This document shows, one piece after another, positions 7,776-17,070 of a stretch of 32,271 nt of DNA; within the stretch, counting starts at the first letter, position 1; every line of letters begins with the position of its first letter. The translations under genes were made by a program, and so were the position numbers. Source of the stretch: a virus (lineage: Duplodnaviria > Caudoviricetes); the IMG/VR virus record IMGVR_UViG_3300035041_000082, positions 1 to 32,271 of that record; one strand, given 5' to 3'. The notes below the pieces were generated by a model. That model saw only the letters and a list, made by a program, of their open reading frames with translations, was not told where the DNA came from and ran no database searches.

Positions 7776-8893
7776 TAGAACTCACCTCCATCGATGTCTG
7801 TATTGGTTATTGTTATATTACTGGTTGAACCACTACTTGTGTTTTTACTAAGCAATTGTATTTTTTCCGTTAATTTCACTCGATACTCTCCTAACGTTAT
7901 CGTTGCATAATTCAATGAATCTTTGAATGTAATCCCCGTTATCACTGATTCGTACGTTTTACCTTTATGAATGAAAGAAACATAATCACCAAGATATATA
8001 TTCTCAAATGGAATGAACACCTTGTTTTTCATGTCAATTGTAAATGTAATATTGTGATCTAGTTTTGAAGTTACCATTTCACTTCTTGCTTTGGTTTCTA
8101 GTGTTTCATAATCGTTATCCGTATAGATGTAACTCTTGGCCATGACACTGTTATATCTATCATCTGAGCTACCATCATCTGTGAATTCTCCAGTAGTTAG
8201 CAAATAGTAAGTCTTAATTGTTTGATAAATTTGATTATCGCTTCGTGGATAGTAAACGACCTTATTGACAAGTTGGCTCGTTGAATCATTGGTTTCGACA
8301 TTCAATATTGATGAAAAATCACTTTTGATTACCATACCTTGATTCACACTAACAATCCTAAAAGTAATGCCAGTGATACGTCCCCTAAGATAAGTAACAT
8401 CAGTATCAAAACTAAGGCTATATCCTTTTGAAACAAGTTCAAATACCTTTGACATGTTAATGATATTATCTGACTCAAAACTTAGGCTACCCATCACGCT
8501 TGTTTCTTTACTTACAGTTAAATATGATAAATTCTGTTTTTGATCAGAATTATTTTTGAAGTAAGCTGTAATAACTTGTTGTATGTAATCAGCCAAATCT
8601 CCTGAGAAACTTTCTGCTGGTATATCCAAATTAAAAATCTCTCGAAAATCGAGAGACTTTATGTTCGTAGTGTAATCATCATTTATTTCGATACTTTCCA
8701 GGATCCCTATATATGAGTAGATATCATTCTTGAAGACAACAATATCACCAATGGTGCAGTTAATGTTAGTTTTGTTGACTTTGAATATTGAACGCTTTAT
8801 GAGAACCATATCTAATGCCAATTCAAATTGGTTACTGACATATGCATTATCTTTATACTGCAGAGTACTGCGATCTAGAAATAATAGTTTCAT
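7775..8893 (-). CDS. Tal-like baseplate hub protein (no hydrolase extension)
   Basis: 372 aa after Dit; C-terminal LGDYVS..I....ITLG motif; ends IDGGEF. Confidence 0.7.
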   Translation of the reverse strand: MKLLFLDRSTLQYKDNAYVSNQFELALDMVLIKRSIFKVNKTNINCTIGDIVVFKNDIYSYIGILESIEINDDYTTNIKSLDFREIFNLDIPAESFSGDLADYIQQVITAYFKNNSDQKQNLSYLTVSKETSVMGSLSFESDNIINMSKVFELVSKGYSLSFDTDVTYLRGRITGITFRIVSVNQGMVIKSDFSSILNVETNDSTSQLVNKVVYYPRSDNQIYQTIKTYYLLTTGEFTDDGSSDDRYNSVMAKSYIYTDNDYETLETKARSEMVTSKLDHNITFTIDMKNKVFIPFENIYLGDYVSFIHKGKTYESVITGITFKDSLNYATITLGEYRVKLTEKIQLLSKNTSSGSTSNITITNTDIDGGEF

Positions 8894-8896
8894 ATT

Positions 8897-9727
8897 CTAA
8901 ATTCCTAGATAGCCTTCAAGTACAGTAACCCTGCAAATCGACTCAGTAGCGACTCCTGGCTTAAATTCAATTTCATAATCACCATGCTCAAGAAAGATGA
9001 AATTGTCTTCTTCAAAATCTTGTAATCCATATATATCAGTAATCACTCCTGATTCATCCATCACCATTTCTTGCTTACTAGGAATAGAGTTAATAGTAAT
9101 GGTTATATCTTCTGCAGTTAAATATAAACGTAAAGTCGATACCACTTCTCCATTCCTTTTAATCAGTACCTCTGGATCAATGACACTTCCTATCATCTCA
9201 ATAACAACTGGCGCATCATTTAGTCCATCATTTCTAATATATACCTTACCTTCATATGAACTGGAATAGTAATAAGGATACGTATATGGATAAACCTTAC
9301 CACTAGATGAACCATTAGCAATAATCTCATACGATTTTTCTTTCAACCAAAGAGATAGTTTTTTAAAGACGATGTTGCTTTGAATTGTGCTAGCTACTAA
9401 TTCTGCTTTTGATAAGCTTGAGATATCTACATAACAGTAAGCACTGAAAGCATCATTTTGATAATGTAGTTTATACTCTTTATGACTCTTACTAATAAAA
9501 TCAACAAATGATTTATACCCTTGATATCCTTTTAGGAAGATTAATGTTTCTGATATCTCGGATAATGGAATATTATATTCTGAACGAGAGTAAAAACGAC
9601 TATACTCTAAGTACTTCATATCTAATGAAAAACCAAGACCACTAACTTGCGAGATAATGGTCTGATCTTTATGATTAAAGTAATAGATATCTCCGTATTC
9701 ATTTTCTAAATAAAATTGTCTGATCAT
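8897..9727 (-). CDS. Distal tail protein (Dit)
   Basis: Follows tape measure with ATGA overlap; YPY.YPY.Y, N.G...AP and F..L..G motifs. Confidence 0.8.
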   Translation of the reverse strand: MIRQFYLENEYGDIYYFNHKDQTIISQVSGLGFSLDMKYLEYSRFYSRSEYNIPLSEISETLIFLKGYQGYKSFVDFISKSHKEYKLHYQNDAFSAYCYVDISSLSKAELVASTIQSNIVFKKLSLWLKEKSYEIIANGSSSGKVYPYTYPYYYSSSYEGKVYIRNDGLNDAPVVIEMIGSVIDPEVLIKRNGEVVSTLRLYLTAEDITITINSIPSKQEMVMDESGVITDIYGLQDFEEDNFIFLEHGDYEIEFKPGVATESICRVTVLEGYLGI

Positions 9728-11733
9728 ATCACGCTACCTCCTAATGCCTTATTGATGGAATCCACATCAAAGGTCGGTGATGTAGTATTTATCGTGATGT
9801 TGTTTGTATTACTAGTTGATGAGTTAGAATTTGAGTTATTTACCGTACTGGATCCTTTTAAATTAAATGTATCAGAGAAGAAATCTCCAATACCGCCAAA
9901 GAATCCACTGACTTTATCAGCTGCATTCGATGCAAAATCACTAATACCATCTGTTACTTTATTTGCGATATTTGATATCCCTTCAGTAACACTTGAAAAA
10001 GTATCTTTTACTTTGCCACCAAAGTCACCGATTTTAGATGGTAAGTCGCCAATCCACTCGAATATTTTTTGGATAAATTCAACAATCTTCTGAACAACAT
10101 TAAGTACTGGTTCAAGTACTGTCTTGAGTACATTAATCGCTGGAACCAATATTGCATTTAATACTTCTCCAACAATTGTAATAAGTGGTGCTAATAATCC
10201 TAGTATCTCAGCAAACATCTGTATTTGAGTAATGAGTGGCATTAAAATTACATCAAGGATTGGAACAAGCAAATCGACTAGCATCACAACCAAATCAATA
10301 ATAACATCTAGGATTGGCTGTAAAGCTGTCATGAGACTATCGACAATAGCTAAAATCGGTGGAAGCAACTGCATGAACGTTTCCATAAGTCTTCCTAGTA
10401 ATGCTTTGAATTCTTCACTTTGAAATAGAGCCATCGCTAGAATAGCAATTAAAGCACCGATTCCTAAAGTAGCAGCATTTATACCAACTCCTGCAAATAT
10501 TCCCGATGTTCCTACAGCTTTTAGTGCCATGGATCCAGCATTGAGTAGTGGTCCTACTTTACCTACAACAGATAACACTGGTCCTATTGCAGCTACGAGT
10601 CCAGTTAAAGTTGCAATGATTTTCTTGGTTCCTGAATCCATGTTATTCCACTTATCAATCCAGTCTTTCAATGTAGGAATTACATTATCTCTTACTTTGA
10701 TGATAAGCTCCTGTATAACAGGTAACAGCGTACTTGCTAAATCAACACCTAAACTAGATACTGCTTGTTTTGTACGATCTAGTGCATCAGTAAACTCTCC
10801 TGCTTGTGAGGCTTGTTCGTTCGTAACAATACCAAGTTCTCTTGCTTCTTCTCGAAGTCCATTTATAGCTTCTGTTTCACTTGATAGAATTGGCAATACT
10901 TCAGTACCAATTTTCTCACCAAAAAACTCGTTGGCTACACCAACACGTACAGATTCATCTGCTACATTTCCTAATGCATTTCTTATAAGTTCGAATGCTT
11001 CATCAGCATTTTTTCCTTTCAAGTCATCAACCGTCAGACCAATAAGTGCTAAACTATCAGCAACCTTATCGCCATTACCAGTAGCAATATCTCCAAGGAT
11101 TCCATTTACTTTCATAAACGCTTTAGACATGGATTCTGTTGAAGTTCCCATAATGGTTGCGACATGATTCCATTCCTGGAACTGTTCAGCTGATAAACCT
11201 AGTTTTTGAGCAGTATCGCCAATTTCATCTGCAGTATAAGCAGTCTTTATAGAAAATGCTGTTAAAGCAGAAACGGCACCTAAAATAGGTACCGTTACAC
11301 TTTTCGTTAATGTTGAACCAAGTTTACCAATCTTTTCAAAGTTAGCATTACTCAATTGTTTGATTTTATCTGATGTTTTTTCTAACTGTCCATTCATCTT
11401 AGCTATTTCAGCTTCAGTGTATTGGACATTTCGTTTTAACTTATTAAATTCCTCTTGACTCATATCACCAACTTGAACAGCCTTTTTAGCATGTTCTAGT
11501 TCTTGGTTCTGAGTCTCAAGTTTTTTCTTGGTTTGGACTAATATATCGTTTAGTTTGGACTGTTTTTGTTTCCATAGGTCGAGATTAGTACTATCATAGC
11601 GAAGGTTTGTATTAATCGCACGTAAGTCTTTATTTTGTTCTTTTAAATCTTTCTTGATTCCATTTAGTTCGTTTTCTAAATCTTTACCATCAAGGGTTAG
11701 TTTTATATTTAATCCTTTGACTGTTTCTGCCAT
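9724..11733 (-). CDS. Tail tape measure protein, 669 aa
   Basis: N-terminal VKGLNIKL..D coiled coil, LTKSVTVPI, Pro-periodic hydrophobic repeats and roughly 11-residue F/W repeats; RBS AGGAGG. Confidence 0.92.
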   Translation of the reverse strand: MAETVKGLNIKLTLDGKDLENELNGIKKDLKEQNKDLRAINTNLRYDSTNLDLWKQKQSKLNDILVQTKKKLETQNQELEHAKKAVQVGDMSQEEFNKLKRNVQYTEAEIAKMNGQLEKTSDKIKQLSNANFEKIGKLGSTLTKSVTVPILGAVSALTAFSIKTAYTADEIGDTAQKLGLSAEQFQEWNHVATIMGTSTESMSKAFMKVNGILGDIATGNGDKVADSLALIGLTVDDLKGKNADEAFELIRNALGNVADESVRVGVANEFFGEKIGTEVLPILSSETEAINGLREEARELGIVTNEQASQAGEFTDALDRTKQAVSSLGVDLASTLLPVIQELIIKVRDNVIPTLKDWIDKWNNMDSGTKKIIATLTGLVAAIGPVLSVVGKVGPLLNAGSMALKAVGTSGIFAGVGINAATLGIGALIAILAMALFQSEEFKALLGRLMETFMQLLPPILAIVDSLMTALQPILDVIIDLVVMLVDLLVPILDVILMPLITQIQMFAEILGLLAPLITIVGEVLNAILVPAINVLKTVLEPVLNVVQKIVEFIQKIFEWIGDLPSKIGDFGGKVKDTFSSVTEGISNIANKVTDGISDFASNAADKVSGFFGGIGDFFSDTFNLKGSSTVNNSNSNSSTSNTNNITINTTSPTFDVDSINKALGGSVI

Positions 11734-11751
11734 TAATATTCACCTCCTGTG

Positions 11752-11777
11752 AAAAGAAAAACACATCATATGATGTG
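11752..11777 (-). terminator. Intrinsic terminator between DUF6946-like moron and tape measure gene
   Basis: 16-bp palindrome CACATCATATGATGTG followed by TTTTTCTTTT. Confidence 0.7.
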
Positions 11778-11778
11778 C

Positions 11779-12584
11779 TTAAAAAACTTTTGTTTGTAAA
11801 TACCCAATAAAGACTTCGAGATTGCCTGTTTGATATTGAATCCTAAACTTACTTTCTGGATTTTCTTGTATTTCAAGATTGACCTTTACAATTTCACCTG
11901 ATGATATAGGACGAGCAATTCCAATATACTTAGTAAATTTATCAAACTCATCTTTATTATTTTTGGCAATAGATGAGTTCATTTTGGTGTGTCAAAAACA
12001 TGGACTAAGAAGACCGCTTTATTTGCTTGATTTCTATTACCTTCAGCTATTGCACCACAAAAACCTGAAAATAATTGATATCTCAATTGATTAAAATCTG
12101 TATCCTTTTCAATCGTTTTAGTTTTGTCAATTGCAAACGACCTATGTAATGCTTCTATACGTTCGAATGCTGTTGATTTAGGATTTACTTCCTTTGTTTT
12201 TTTAGCATTTAAATAGTATTCGAGTGTAGTTACATTGCTAAACTGTTCATCTACTTTAGCTTCAATTGCTATAGTTACAGAGCTGTTTGCAGTTTCTATA
12301 AAAGGGAAACATAAATCACACATTGAGTGTCTACCTCGTGCAGAATCAAATTTCAGTTCTTTTTCAATAAAGGCATCATTATACTTTATTGGTAAAACAC
12401 CTATAACTTCTAAAGACTCAACAAAATCATCATGGTTTTGATTCATCCAATAATTTGCTAATGACTCAGCTGATCTATGTTTATCCCAATGATAAGCATC
12501 GACTAACTTATAATGACTTTCCCATTCTTCGTAAGATGCTACTTTTACTTTTTTATCATTAAAAAAGAATTTTATATCTTCCAT
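11779..12584 (-). pseudogene. DUF6946-like PD-(D/E)xK nuclease split by a 1-nt frameshift (ORFs 12584-11979 and 11982-11779)
   Basis: D...IAIEAKVDEQF and LRYQL..AVFLVHVF motifs. Adding one A to the A4 run (11982-11985) gives CCA AAA ATG AAC and a 268-aa fusion. Confidence 0.65.
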
Positions 12585-12636
12585 AAAATCACCCCATATC
12601 CATTATATTGTAACAAATATGTATGGAATTTTATAG

Positions 12637-12879
12637 TTATAATAGGAATTTATCAATATCTTTTTGTGTAGCTCTTTTGATGGATTGTTTTCCATTTATC
12701 ACATTCATTTCAAGTTCTACGATCTCAAAATAAGTATCTAGATCAAAAGTTTTCGTATCTTCTACTGTTATACCCAAGTGTGCGAGATTAAAGATGATAT
12801 TAGCAGTTACATTTACTTCGTCATTTCTTTGTTGGTGGCTTGGGTGTAGATCCTTTTTGAAACGTTCCGAGCATTTCAC
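12637..12879 (-). CDS. Tail assembly chaperone C-terminal extension (gpT-like), probably reached by frameshift
   Basis: Overlaps the end of the chaperone in its +1 frame, GTG without RBS, C-terminal RATQKDIDKF typical of these extensions. Confidence 0.65.
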   Translation of the reverse strand: MKCSERFKKDLHPSHQQRNDEVNVTANIIFNLAHLGITVEDTKTFDLDTYFEIVELEMNVINGKQSIKRATQKDIDKFLL

Positions 12880-13174
12880 CTATCGTATTCGTAAGATTTT
12901 CAAGTTCGTTTTGATTGCTTAAAAGAGAAAAATCCAACGACATTAAAAAGTCGTTGTATGATTGTTTACTGAAAGGTCGATGTAAGACATAGATGATTCG
13001 GAAGATTGTATCAATAACTGTTGATAAATCATCCTCTTTTTTGATGTTTGATTTTTCTAGTTTCTTGATATCGCTAAATAGTTCTGTTGAGAATACATTA
13101 CGATAGTCAATAATTGTAAATAATGATGAATGAAGGCGATAATCCTTATCACCTAATTTAAGTGTTTTTTCCAT
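12821..13174 (-). CDS. Tail assembly chaperone (gpG-like)
   Basis: Directly after major tail gene; MEKTL.LG....L...Y...F..ELFSD pattern. Confidence 0.75.
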   Translation of the reverse strand: MEKTLKLGDKDYRLHSSLFTIIDYRNVFSTELFSDIKKLEKSNIKKEDDLSTVIDTIFRIIYVLHRPFSKQSYNDFLMSLDFSLLSNQNELENLTNTIGEMLGTFQKGSTPKPPTKK

Positions 13175-13188
13175 GTTAGATTATCTCC

Positions 13189-13755
13189 TTAAATAAATGT
13201 TGGTAATGCTGGAGCTGAAGTTAGGAATGCTGCATAGTTCGTATCTCCCACACCTGCTATGACTCTTAAAATTAGATTGTTTCCAGATTCAATCGGTCTA
13301 GCTGTAATGTTCAATGTGATTGAATTTGCTTCAATAGAATCTGCTTTTGATTTACTAGCATCTCCTGAAGGTGTAGCTGTACATAAGAAATACCATATAC
13401 GTCTTGCTTTGATATCTCCTTGAATTTCATATCCTAATGCAAATGTCTTTGTTTCGCTATTTACTACTTCTACAAGATTTCCATTTGTATCCTCTAAAAC
13501 ACCAAAGATGTCCTTTTTAAACACATCATCAATCTCAGTGAATTTTAAGGTAACTGTTGTTCCCGAGTTAGACACTAGAGTTGCGATTACCTTATCATCA
13601 GCATACACTTGTGTGCTTCCACCGATAGCTTCAGTAGTAATCTCCTGTGCACCTTCTAAACGTTTAGGTGTAGCAAAGGTCCAACTACCATCTTCTGCTT
13701 GAGTTGCGAGTGCATAGTGTATGTTTGTTAAACCAAATGTGACTTTATTACTCAT
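13189..13755 (-). CDS. Major tail (tube) protein, phi13 family
   Basis: NKVTFGL.N.HYA, YADD, FALGYEI.GD....R.W.Y.C. Confidence 0.9.
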   Translation of the reverse strand: MSNKVTFGLTNIHYALATQAEDGSWTFATPKRLEGAQEITTEAIGGSTQVYADDKVIATLVSNSGTTVTLKFTEIDDVFKKDIFGVLEDTNGNLVEVVNSETKTFALGYEIQGDIKARRIWYFLCTATPSGDASKSKADSIEANSITLNITARPIESGNNLILRVIAGVGDTNYAAFLTSAPALPTFI

Positions 13756-14091
13756 TTAAAATACCTCCTGTTTGATTTCATATACTCTGTTAACTGAACT
13801 GTCTTCATTGACAAATTCAGATAATAATTCAAATTCATATCCCATAAAATGTAGGGATGCTTCTAACTGTTCTTCTAATACTAAGTTCTTCTTTTCAGTG
13901 ATCAAACTGACTTGAAATGTAGCTACCTTTGCAACAACTCTATCATCAGCATACACAATTGAACGATTACTAAGTTCTTGGTAGATGATATAATTTGTAT
14001 CACTTTCTAACCCTTCTCTTGTTCCATATGACACTTTACCTGGTAAAACAGAATTGAGTGTGTCAAATAAAGCTTCTAGTTTCTCTTGCAT
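13756..14091 (-). CDS. Tail terminator / tail completion protein
   Basis: YIIY....YADD pattern and position. Confidence 0.7.
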   Translation of the reverse strand: MQEKLEALFDTLNSVLPGKVSYGTREGLESDTNYIIYQELSNRSIVYADDRVVAKVATFQVSLITEKKNLVLEEQLEASLHFMGYEFELLSEFVNEDSSVNRVYEIKQEVF

Positions 14092-14474
14092 TAATCATCA
14101 CCTTTTTCAATAATTGATTTAATATCGTCTAACATTTTTGGTGTAAGTAAATCAAACGCTGGACGCATAAAGGGTCTTGGTCCTACATACTTACCACTAC
14201 GATGTGTAAAACCGAATTCTAGTAAATGTGTCAGTTTTCCTTTTTCATTTGAGAAGATAACAATCGTCTTGTTGATTCCAGTACCTTGAGGTTCAGCAAC
14301 GAATGAATCTGCGAATGGTTTTGAACCACCACTTCTTGGTGCATGAGTGCTAATATACTTCACAATTTCCTTTGCAGTTTCATCTAGCCTCTTTTCAAGT
14401 TTTCCAATAATCTCTTCGGCATACTCTTCTACCATTTTAGATATAGCAACTCCAAGTTCATCAATTGTAACCAA
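14091..14474 (-). CDS. HK97 gp10 family neck protein
   Basis: LTHLLEFG and RPFMRPA motifs; TTG start. Confidence 0.85.
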   Translation of the reverse strand: MVTIDELGVAISKMVEEYAEEIIGKLEKRLDETAKEIVKYISTHAPRSGGSKPFADSFVAEPQGTGINKTIVIFSNEKGKLTHLLEFGFTHRSGKYVGPRPFMRPAFDLLTPKMLDDIKSIIEKGDD

Positions 14475-14796
14475 TGATGTAACTCTTTCTGATCTTAGAC
14501 TTACTCAAATATAATTCAATGAACTGTCCGATCTGATACGTTCGTTCAATCTTGTAAATGTTTCCTGCAATGTCAGCGTATTTGCTACCATCGTACAAGA
14601 AACTTTGAATTTTAAGTGCTACATCGATTCTTATGTCTGATCGTTTGCTTTCATAATATTCGTTTGATGTAATGCTAAAGTTTATGCCAATAACTTCTTT
14701 TGAGTTTATAAGTTGGTATGTTGAAGAACCAATAGAATTTTGAACCAAATCCATGGTTAGCAATTTTATGGATATATTGGGTGAATTAGGATACAT
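14461..14796 (-). CDS. Head closure (head-tail adaptor) protein
   Basis: SIT.NEYY, Y.I.RTY...IELYL; start placed at ATG 14796. Confidence 0.75.
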   Translation of the reverse strand: MYPNSPNISIKLLTMDLVQNSIGSSTYQLINSKEVIGINFSITSNEYYESKRSDIRIDVALKIQSFLYDGSKYADIAGNIYKIERTYQIGQFIELYLSKSKIRKSYIIGYN

Positions 14797-15082
14797 TTTC
14801 TGAAACTCCATGTGTTAGTGCAATCTGACCAACCAACATATCAAATGTCTTTGGTAGTTCTTTTGCACTCCCATCATTCTTAAAGCCAAAAAACGTCTTC
14901 ACATAAATAATAATCACTGTGCTAACCATGGGATTTGATTCATCATTTATATAAGAAGGATCAATTCCACAACTCGTCAAGTATGCTTTGCAACTACCAA
15001 TGTGAGTGTTCAACTCGTCATCAGCAAATGATTCTGATAAAGGTATGAGTAGTGCCTTTTTTACAATGTCTAGTATCGCCAT
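14786..15082 (-). CDS. Head-tail connector (HK97 gp6-like)
   Basis: LD.VKKAL.I....DDEL...I..C..YL...GI, Y.K..FG. Confidence 0.85.
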   Translation of the reverse strand: MAILDIVKKALLIPLSESFADDELNTHIGSCKAYLTSCGIDPSYINDESNPMVSTVIIIYVKTFFGFKNDGSAKELPKTFDMLVGQIALTHGVSENVS

Positions 15083-15122
15083 GAGATCAATCCTTTCTTA
15101 AACTTTTAATTTGCTTCAGCTA

Positions 15123-16256
15123 TTAAGCTGCAGCTTTCTTTTTAATACGTAGGAACCCGTTATAACCCACTACATTACCACCAGTGAATACTGATGCTTT
15201 GTAGCTGATGATTCCATCTTTGAATTTGTAATCAGTTGATTTTCCAATTTCAACTGGTGAAAATACTGGAACTTCATAATTTTTAAGTGCTCCATATGCG
15301 ATACCGTATTCTCCAGCCGCAGTATTACTATCAGCGATGGCTTTACAATGAGAGTTGATGATATATGGGATACCATCAATAGTTTTGTTGACATAGTCAA
15401 TAGTATGCACTTTTCTTCCTTCTTGAGTTTTAAGTCCAGCAAATGCACGTAAATCATTCTTATTCAAGATAAGAACTGCTCCACCTTCTACTTCTTCATC
15501 TCCACCATAGGCAAAGACAATATCATCAAGTGTTGAATCAGTAATTGCTTCAATCTCTAGAGGTGCTTTATCAGCTAATGCTACTGCTGCATCGCTAAAG
15601 ATACCAGTGAAGGTATTAGTCGTTCCTGCACCACGTAAAATCTGTTCACTGATTTTCTTTTTCAGTGAAATATTGATGTTACGTAATACTTCTGCTTGAT
15701 AAGGAATAGCAGGCAACTTTTCAAGTTCTTCTGTGATTTCTGTATAGGCAGTAATCTTTACTTTTGAAATTGTCAAGTATCCAAATGCAGGTTCTGTTTC
15801 GCTATAAGGTTGTCCTTCCAGTGTCGTTCCAGCAATACCATTATTTTTAACAAAGGATTTCTTGTACGTTTCTCCACCATTTAGATTGATGACATTTACA
15901 AGATCAACAAGAGTTGATACTTGAGCAAATGGTACTGGTGTTAATCCTGAAGCGGTGTGATCAGGTAGTAAGATTTCTTCACTTGACACTTGAATCACAC
16001 GACTTTCACGCAAACTTGCTGCACGTTGCTCTAGTTTTTCTTTATCAATTTTAGTTCTATTATCAATAACGATTGGCTTAATTTCAGTTTTGCTAGCAAT
16101 TGCCATTTTCTTATCAATAATACTTCTTTCTTCTTGAAGCTCAGTCGTTTCCGTTTCGAATGCTTCAAGTTTTGTAATATCTGTTTCATTATCGACAAGA
16201 CCTCTGATTTCAGTCAGTCTTGACTCGATTTCTTTTCGTCTAAGTTCTAAATTCAT
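15123..16256 (-). CDS. Major capsid protein, HK97 fold
   Basis: N-terminal coiled-coil scaffold (delta) region, GQPY.E..P.F, ITEEL, L.G.GT..F.GI. Confidence 0.93.
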   Translation of the reverse strand: MNLELRRKEIESRLTEIRGLVDNETDITKLEAFETETTELQEERSIIDKKMAIASKTEIKPIVIDNRTKIDKEKLEQRAASLRESRVIQVSSEEILLPDHTASGLTPVPFAQVSTLVDLVNVINLNGGETYKKSFVKNNGIAGTTLEGQPYSETEPAFGYLTISKVKITAYTEITEELEKLPAIPYQAEVLRNINISLKKKISEQILRGAGTTNTFTGIFSDAAVALADKAPLEIEAITDSTLDDIVFAYGGDEEVEGGAVLILNKNDLRAFAGLKTQEGRKVHTIDYVNKTIDGIPYIINSHCKAIADSNTAAGEYGIAYGALKNYEVPVFSPVEIGKSTDYKFKDGIISYKASVFTGGNVVGYNGFLRIKKKAAA

Positions 16257-16271
16257 GATTTTTTTCTCCTT

Positions 16272-16862
16272 TTAGATTTGTGATTTGATTTTGATACGTT
16301 TTTTGATAATGCTTGACTTTTGTTCCTGCTCTACTAACTCCATAGCCTTTAGTTCTAACTCCATAGATTCTAAAGAACGAACATATATAGAAGTTGCATC
16401 ATATGCTGGAGTATCCACAACCGACACATCATACAACCTTTCAATTTTTGTAATAGTTCTCTTTGGAATTCTACCTTCACGATTCCACACTTGTTCATCT
16501 ACCGTAAAAGCAAAACTCATCTTATCCAACAACCCGCTTCTGACCATTTTATAGATGTCCTGATTTGTATTGGTATCTAACAACTCAGCTCGCACTTTTA
16601 AACCAATACTATCAACAGTTAGTGATAAAGATTGATTCTTAGTTCTAGCGATAATTAAAAAGGAGTCCATATGATTGTACTTCATAGGAACATCCTTCAT
16701 TTTGGTTTCCGATAGTGCTCTTGAATCGATTTCTTCTAAGAAACCATATTCTTCGTCACCTATCAGCGTTTCATTATTAAAGACTAATGCATAGCCCTCT
16801 AATATCATCTTGTCATCTTCTTCATGAAGCGTGACATCTGCGAGTCTAGTTTCCTTTATCAT
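16272..16862 (-). CDS. HK97-family prohead protease
   Basis: GYALVFN, YNH, MSFAF, LYDVSVVDTPAY. Confidence 0.93.
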   Translation of the reverse strand: MIKETRLADVTLHEEDDKMILEGYALVFNNETLIGDEEYGFLEEIDSRALSETKMKDVPMKYNHMDSFLIIARTKNQSLSLTVDSIGLKVRAELLDTNTNQDIYKMVRSGLLDKMSFAFTVDEQVWNREGRIPKRTITKIERLYDVSVVDTPAYDATSIYVRSLESMELELKAMELVEQEQKSSIIKKRIKIKSQI

Positions 16863-17070
16863 CTTTACGAGTCTCTACTTTCTTTGGTTTTGGTGTTGCT
16901 TGTTTTTCTAATTTTTGATACTCATATTCAAGTTCTGAGTCTTTATAGAAAAGTGACTCGAGTTTTTCTTTCTTGCAATAATCATCAATGATAATCGTTT
17001 TCTTCTTTTGTGTATCTAAGATAACCTTTAAGGCATCTTCTGATATCTTTCCATTAACTGTTATTTTCAT
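16846..17070 (-). CDS. Small hypothetical protein between portal and protease
   Basis: 74 aa, overlaps both neighbours by 17 nt, upstream GGAGG. Confidence 0.6.
   Translation of the reverse strand: MKITVNGKISEDALKVILDTQKKKTIIIDDYCKKEKLESLFYKDSELEYEYQKLEKQATPKPKKVETRKDDKGN

Noticed and set aside
10529-11167. 212-aa plus-strand ORF, and the other plus-strand ORFs in the track
   Set aside because: Antisense shadows of well-supported minus-strand genes, with no recognisable motifs.
15113-15134. Hairpin over the capsid stop codon
   Set aside because: No U tract follows, so not called a terminator; may only stabilise mRNA.
15170-15457. Alternate-frame minus-strand ORFs inside capsid, terL, MTase and hsdR
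   Set aside because: Nested in conserved genes whose main frames are intact; no evidence of frameshift use.
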